The translations under genes were made by a program, and so were the position numbers. The notes beneath the pieces were generated by a model that saw nothing but the letters and a program-made list of their open reading frames with translations, was not told where the DNA came from and did not search any database. From the IMG/VR virus record IMGVR_UViG_3300019378_000501: a stretch of DNA of 20,000 nucleotides. One strand, given 5' to 3'. Of this stretch, positions 16,399-20,000 are shown one piece after another (position 1 is the stretch's first letter; the number at the start of each line of letters is the position of its first letter). Source of the stretch: an uncultured virus (IMG/VR IMGVR_UViG_3300019378_000501). Lineage: Duplodnaviria; Heunggongvirae; Uroviricota; Caudoviricetes.

Positions 16399-16579
16399 TG
16401 GCAATGGTAGAAAGTACAAGCTGGAGGAATACGACCTCAAGGCTCTCCGGGAGGCACGGCAGCGAATTATGGTCGTTTACAACTACCATTACGGCGCTCC
16501 CCGTGCGTCTGGTACGATCAAGCGGATCGAAACCATCCTTGCAAAAATCGATCGTTTGATAAAAGAAAGTGAGGATTAA
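16385..16579 (+). CDS. Hypothetical protein
   Basis: AAGGAGG RBS. Confidence 0.65.
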   Translation: MRPIDGNGRKYKLEEYDLKALREARQRIMVVYNYHYGAPRASGTIKRIETILAKIDRLIKESED

Positions 16580-16583
16580 CCCG

Positions 16584-16742
16584 ATGGCAAACAGATTCTA
16601 TGCAAAAGGCGAGCTGAAAGACGAAAAAATCGTTGTAGCGCTCAAACGTGCTGCCAACGATTATGAAAACGGCGAGATTGCAGAGGTGCATGACCTGTTG
16701 TTGGAAATCGCCGCAGCTATCGAAGAATGGGAGGACGCGTAG
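16584..16742 (+). CDS. Small helical protein (52 aa; not in the ORF track)
   Basis: GAGG RBS; MANRFYAKGELKDEK...EEWEDA* fills the gap exactly. Confidence 0.65.
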   Translation: MANRFYAKGELKDEKIVVALKRAANDYENGEIAEVHDLLLEIAAAIEEWEDA

Positions 16743-17110
16743 TGATTTTTGAAAACGAATCAATACGAAGTCGTTTTACAGCGGCTTTCCCGAAGTTTTA
16801 TATCAATCACAATTTGGAGGCGATTGTCCATCCGCGCAGAAATTCTTATTTCCTGCTGTCCGATGTGCGTACCGAAAAGGATCTGATCGCCAAAATCCTT
16901 GAATGGCTTTCCAGAGAGGCGGCCAAATCTATTACTAAAGAATCTCAAAAATATCACCTTGACGGGATCAATGCTTTTCTTGGTACTGATTTTTCACAAG
17001 AGGACATGATGCAAATTTACACCTATCTTGGAAACAGGTGTAACCATGATAAGACGCTACACTTTATTGATAGCGGGTATGACCTGTCCGTATTGACGAA
17101 GGAGGCCTAA
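16742..17110 (+). CDS. Hypothetical phage protein
   Basis: GGAGG RBS and GTG start; K.LEWLSR.A.K and IYTYLGN..NH motifs. Confidence 0.7.
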   Translation: MIFENESIRSRFTAAFPKFYINHNLEAIVHPRRNSYFLLSDVRTEKDLIAKILEWLSREAAKSITKESQKYHLDGINAFLGTDFSQEDMMQIYTYLGNRCNHDKTLHFIDSGYDLSVLTKEA

Positions 17111-17111
17111 C

Positions 17112-17441
17112 ATGGCTAAAGAAAAAACCGCAAAAGAGATCGTGCAGGCAGCGGCTCAGGAGCATCGCCGCAAGGCCAATGAGAACTGGGAGTATTACCA
17201 GACCACGGGCGTAGGTCGCTACGACACCGCCTATTACAAACACGATTCCATCGCTACGGCGCTGGAAAAGTATCTGGCTTCCGAACAGATCCGGGAGGAT
17301 GCGTCTGCGTTCAAAAACATCCTTGCGAATTTTGCAGCAGACGCAGCGGCTACCAAGGGCCTGCCCGATGCTGACCGCCTGAAAGCGCTGGACAAGCTGG
17401 CGCGGGAGCTGGTGTGGCGTGCAAAGATGGAGGGGATCTGA
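17112..17441 (+). CDS. Hypothetical helical protein
   Basis: AAGGAGG RBS. Confidence 0.7.
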   Translation: MAKEKTAKEIVQAAAQEHRRKANENWEYYQTTGVGRYDTAYYKHDSIATALEKYLASEQIREDASAFKNILANFAADAAATKGLPDADRLKALDKLARELVWRAKMEGI

Positions 17442-17620
17442 TGGAATGTAGAAACTGTCCGAACCTCAAGCATTGTCAAAGGCAGTGTATGGATCTGCCC
17501 GCCGGGAAAACTTGCGGCGATTGTCGCTATGTGAATTGGTGTATGGTGGCTTACGGGGTCAAGCCCGAAAACACGTCCTGCGACTTTGAGCCGATTCGAT
17601 TCAAACCGAAGGAGATGTAA
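17441..17620 (+). CDS. Small Cys-rich protein (59 aa)
   Basis: TGATG overlap with the preceding gene; 8 Cys. Confidence 0.65.
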   Translation: MECRNCPNLKHCQRQCMDLPAGKTCGDCRYVNWCMVAYGVKPENTSCDFEPIRFKPKEM

Positions 17621-17626
17621 AAAATA

Positions 17627-17863
17627 ATGTTCGCATCGAAAAGAAAGCTGAGAGAAGAAAACACCCGGCTCAAATACCGGGTGGCTGATCTGGAAGAACG
17701 GCTCTGCCCGTGTGAGAGCCACGCGTGGAAACACGTCGGCACTGACCTTGAGGGCGGCACAGGCAGGGGCGACGAACTGTCCATCTATAACTACAGATGT
17801 CGTCGTTGCGGTAAAATGCTGCGGTCGATCCAGCCTTTCTTGGATCGGGAGGTTTCAGAATGA
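17627..17863 (+). CDS. Small protein with coiled coil and Zn-binding motif
   Basis: LCPCESH.W...CRRCGK; AAGGAG RBS. Confidence 0.65.
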   Translation: MFASKRKLREENTRLKYRVADLEERLCPCESHAWKHVGTDLEGGTGRGDELSIYNYRCRRCGKMLRSIQPFLDREVSE

Positions 17864-18299
17864 ATACAGCAGTAATGTTCAGCAGTAAGACCGACGATTG
17901 GGCTACGCCGCAGGAGTTTTTCGACGGCTTGAACCGGGAGTTCGGTTTCACCCTCGATCCTTGCGCCGACGACCGCAATCACAAATGCGCGAAGTATTAC
18001 ACCCGCGCGCAGGACGGTCTTTCGCAGGACTGGGGGGGGAACGTGTTTTCTGTAACCCGCCGTATGGCAAAGAAATTGGAGACTGGGTTCGCAAGTCTCT
18101 GGAAGAAAGCGCGAAACCGAACACCCTCGTTGTTATGCTTATTCCGGCAAGAACCGACACAAAGTATTTTCACGAGTACATATACGGAAAAGCGGAGATC
18201 CGATTTATCCGTGGTCGTCTCAAATTCGGCGGGCAAAAGAACGCGGCCCCGTTCCCGTCGATGGTCGTGATCTTTGGGGCCGGGAGAGCTACACAATGA
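17860..18299 (+). pseudogene. Phage DNA N6-adenine methyltransferase (Dam-like), frameshifted at a G8 tract
   Basis: DDWATPQ..F...FTLDPCA..DGL.QDW in one frame and VFCNPPY...LIPARTDT..FH...RGRLKF...APFPS in the other. The frames switch at 18032-18039. Confidence 0.85.
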
Positions 18300-18553
18300 G
18301 CAGATACAAGATCCGTAGCGATGTAGAGTTTTACCCGCACACGAAGAAAAGGAAAAAACCCATCGCCGGTTCAACCGTTGCGACAAGCCTTTTCCTTGTG
18401 GCGGTACATGAGGATCACCCATCGTTCACCATCGCCCAGCTCAGGGAGCTGCTGACAGACAAGACGAAATACATCTTGGAGCCGGATGCAGTTGCCGTTC
18501 TGGACGCGTATATCAAAATTGGCGAAAGCAATATTATTCCAAATTGGAGGTAA
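18296..18553 (+). CDS. Hypothetical protein
   Basis: ATGA overlap with the methyltransferase stop. Confidence 0.6.
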   Translation: MSRYKIRSDVEFYPHTKKRKKPIAGSTVATSLFLVAVHEDHPSFTIAQLRELLTDKTKYILEPDAVAVLDAYIKIGESNIIPNWR

Positions 18554-18557
18554 AATT

Positions 18558-19337
18558 ATGTTTGAAGTAATCGAGAAAGCAACCGGCAAGCGCCTGAACG
18601 TCTACGCGGTAGACGGCGACCATTTTGTTGTCGGCACGGACGACGGCTTTGAGTTCCAGCCCATGGCCCTGTTCGCGCCTGTCACGGCCCTCAGCGGGGT
18701 CGAAGCGCCTACTAAGGTGCAGGATTGCCCCTGTACTGTTTCCGTCACTGAGAGCCGTTCTGCGGATCTGGACGCGGCCCTCACCGATCTTGCGTCCGGC
18801 AAGGTTCCTGTTGTGTTGGGCAACACCGTTTCCACTCGCCTGCTGGACGGTACGGAAGTGGATCTCGTCGTGACTGACTTCGATGAAAAGACGATCCGGC
18901 TTGAGAGCCGTGATTGCTTGGGGGTCAACACCTCTGCGAATGACCTCAAGGCGTATCTGGACAGAGTGTACGCGCTGCTGCCTGAGGCCCTGAAAAAGCG
19001 CATCGTGGAAGTTGAGCGCGTCCATCTGGACTATAAGGGTAAGAAGTTTACCGACCGCTGTAAACTGTTCGTGCCTGCGGCCTCTGAGGTATTTCCTCCT
19101 GACGATTGCTACGGTGACAAGGGCCTGTACGAGCAGATGGAGTGGTACAAGGACGTACATAACCGTATGCGGGCTGACAGCAAGCGGGGTGACAGTCATT
19201 GGTATTGGCTGAGTTCTCCTTATTCCAGCAGCAGCAATTTCTTCTGTATTGTCTACTCCGACGGCACTGCCGATTACATCAACGCCAGCATCACTTATGG
19301 CCTCGCGCCCTTCGGCTGTATCATTTCTAAGATCTGA
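18558..19337 (+). CDS. DGR target protein 2 (remote target, 259 aa) with C-terminal variable domain
   Basis: GGAGGT RBS before ATG 18558; contains VR2. The C-terminal domain is homologous to target 1 (LPEALK, LF....EVF, Q.EWY....NR, W..SP, GLAPFGCI). Confidence 0.92.
   Translation: MFEVIEKATGKRLNVYAVDGDHFVVGTDDGFEFQPMALFAPVTALSGVEAPTKVQDCPCTVSVTESRSADLDAALTDLASGKVPVVLGNTVSTRLLDGTEVDLVVTDFDEKTIRLESRDCLGVNTSANDLKAYLDRVYALLPEALKKRIVEVERVHLDYKGKKFTDRCKLFVPAASEVFPPDDCYGDKGLYEQMEWYKDVHNRMRADSKRGDSHWYWLSSPYSSSSNFFCIVYSDGTADYINASITYGLAPFGCIISKI
19213..19322 (+). repeat. DGR variable region VR2
   Basis: 110-bp ungapped match to TR 4451..4560 with 12 mismatches, all opposite TR adenines. Confidence 0.96.
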
Positions 19338-19342
19338 TAATC

Positions 19343-19361
19343 TGCGCCCCTTGTGGGCGCA
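19343..19361 (+). promoter_or_regulatory. DGR homing hairpin downstream of VR2
   Basis: tgcgccc-cttgt-gggcgca, with the same loop and core stem as the VR1 hairpin. Confidence 0.85.
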
Positions 19362-19417
19362 CGGGCCGGAGCTACACAGCCGGTCAAACGGATCTAACTG
19401 AATCGGAGGTAAACGAC

Positions 19418-19642
19418 GTGCGAGCTTACGTTTTGTACGAGCCTGTAAAGTTCAGCTACCCGGAGGATATGGAGAAGATCATGGACTATCTACAGCATCG
19501 AGGTAAGCTGAACGTGCAGCCTAAAACTGTAGAAAATTATTACTTCGACTTTTCCGAAGAAAAATATTCCGCAGGCTGGATCGGTGTAAACCTTCTCACC
19601 CTTGAGGAGTTTGCGGAATGGCTGTCTGAACAGGAAATCTGA
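19418..19642 (+). CDS. Hypothetical protein, last phage gene before the terminator
   Basis: GGAGGT RBS and GTG start. Confidence 0.65.
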   Translation: MRAYVLYEPVKFSYPEDMEKIMDYLQHRGKLNVQPKTVENYYFDFSEEKYSAGWIGVNLLTLEEFAEWLSEQEI

Positions 19643-19648
19643 AAAAGG

Positions 19649-19685
19649 AAAATGCCGGGACGGTTTTCACCGTTCCGGCATTTTT
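19649..19685. terminator. Bidirectional intrinsic terminator between the phage operon and tmRNA
   Basis: aaaatgccgggacggt-tttc-accgttccggcatttt(t), A-run on the left and T-run on the right, between convergent genes. Confidence 0.85.
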
Positions 19686-19737
19686 ACGATCAGCGCAAAG
19701 ACGTTCGCATAAAATACGAGTTCGTATGCGCGCTTTA

Positions 19738-20000
19738 TGGTGGAGCCGAGGGGAATCGAACCCCTGTCCGAAGGCAACTTGACAAGACTTTCTCCGAGCG
19801 CAGTTTGTTATTTACATTCCCTCATCCCGACGGGAACAAACACCCTGCGGGACTTGGTAGCTTCATAATGCATGGTACACGCAAAGCTTTGTGTACGCAC
19901 GTTCTCTACTCAGATCACACCCGAGCCCGGCTCGTAGACCTTCCGGGGCGGATGGGCGCCTAATTAGGCAGCCAGAGCAACAGTTCTGTTGTCAGTTAAA
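19738..20000 (-). ncRNA. ssrA: tmRNA (5' end outside the window); tag peptide (A)DNRTVALAA*
   Basis: The reverse strand ends ...GACAGGGGTTCGATTCCCCTCGGCTCCACCA (T-arm, acceptor stem, CCA). The tag frame at 19993..19964 follows TAACT and ends ALAA-stop. Confidence 0.96.

Larger units (their letters stand above)
1..19740 (+). mobile_element. Prophage segment (tail, DGR, lysis, accessory operon), probably integrated at the tmRNA 3' end
   Basis: Co-oriented phage-type genes run up to the tmRNA CCA end. No integrase is visible in the window. Confidence 0.8.

Noticed and set aside
19738..19810. tRNA gene
   Set aside because: Only the T-arm and 3' acceptor strand are present, and a tag reading frame upstream identifies it as tmRNA.
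19652..19963. 103-aa + strand ORF
   Set aside because: It spans a terminator and is antisense to tmRNA.

Overview
Right-hand end of a probable Firmicutes (Clostridia-like) prophage. All phage genes are on the + strand and the region ends at the 3' end of a tmRNA gene on the - strand. The order is tail/fibre genes, a complete diversity-generating retroelement (DGR: target with VR1, avd, 135-bp TR, RT), a lysis module, a promoter with three operators, a ~10-kb operon of small accessory genes, a terminator and tmRNA. The main finding is that the single TR also matches a second variable region (VR2) ~14.7 kb away, in a 259-aa gene at the end of the accessory operon that has no tail-gene features. 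All VR2 mismatches fall at TR adenines, and it has its own copy of the downstream hairpin. Other notable elements are a type II hammerhead ribozyme after the first accessory gene, a stand-alone NrdD-type glycyl-radical mini-protein, a poly-G-frameshifted adenine methyltransferase, a 30-heptad His-rich coiled-coil protein and a three-catalytic-domain lysin. Family assignments come from motif recognition by eye, not from database searches.
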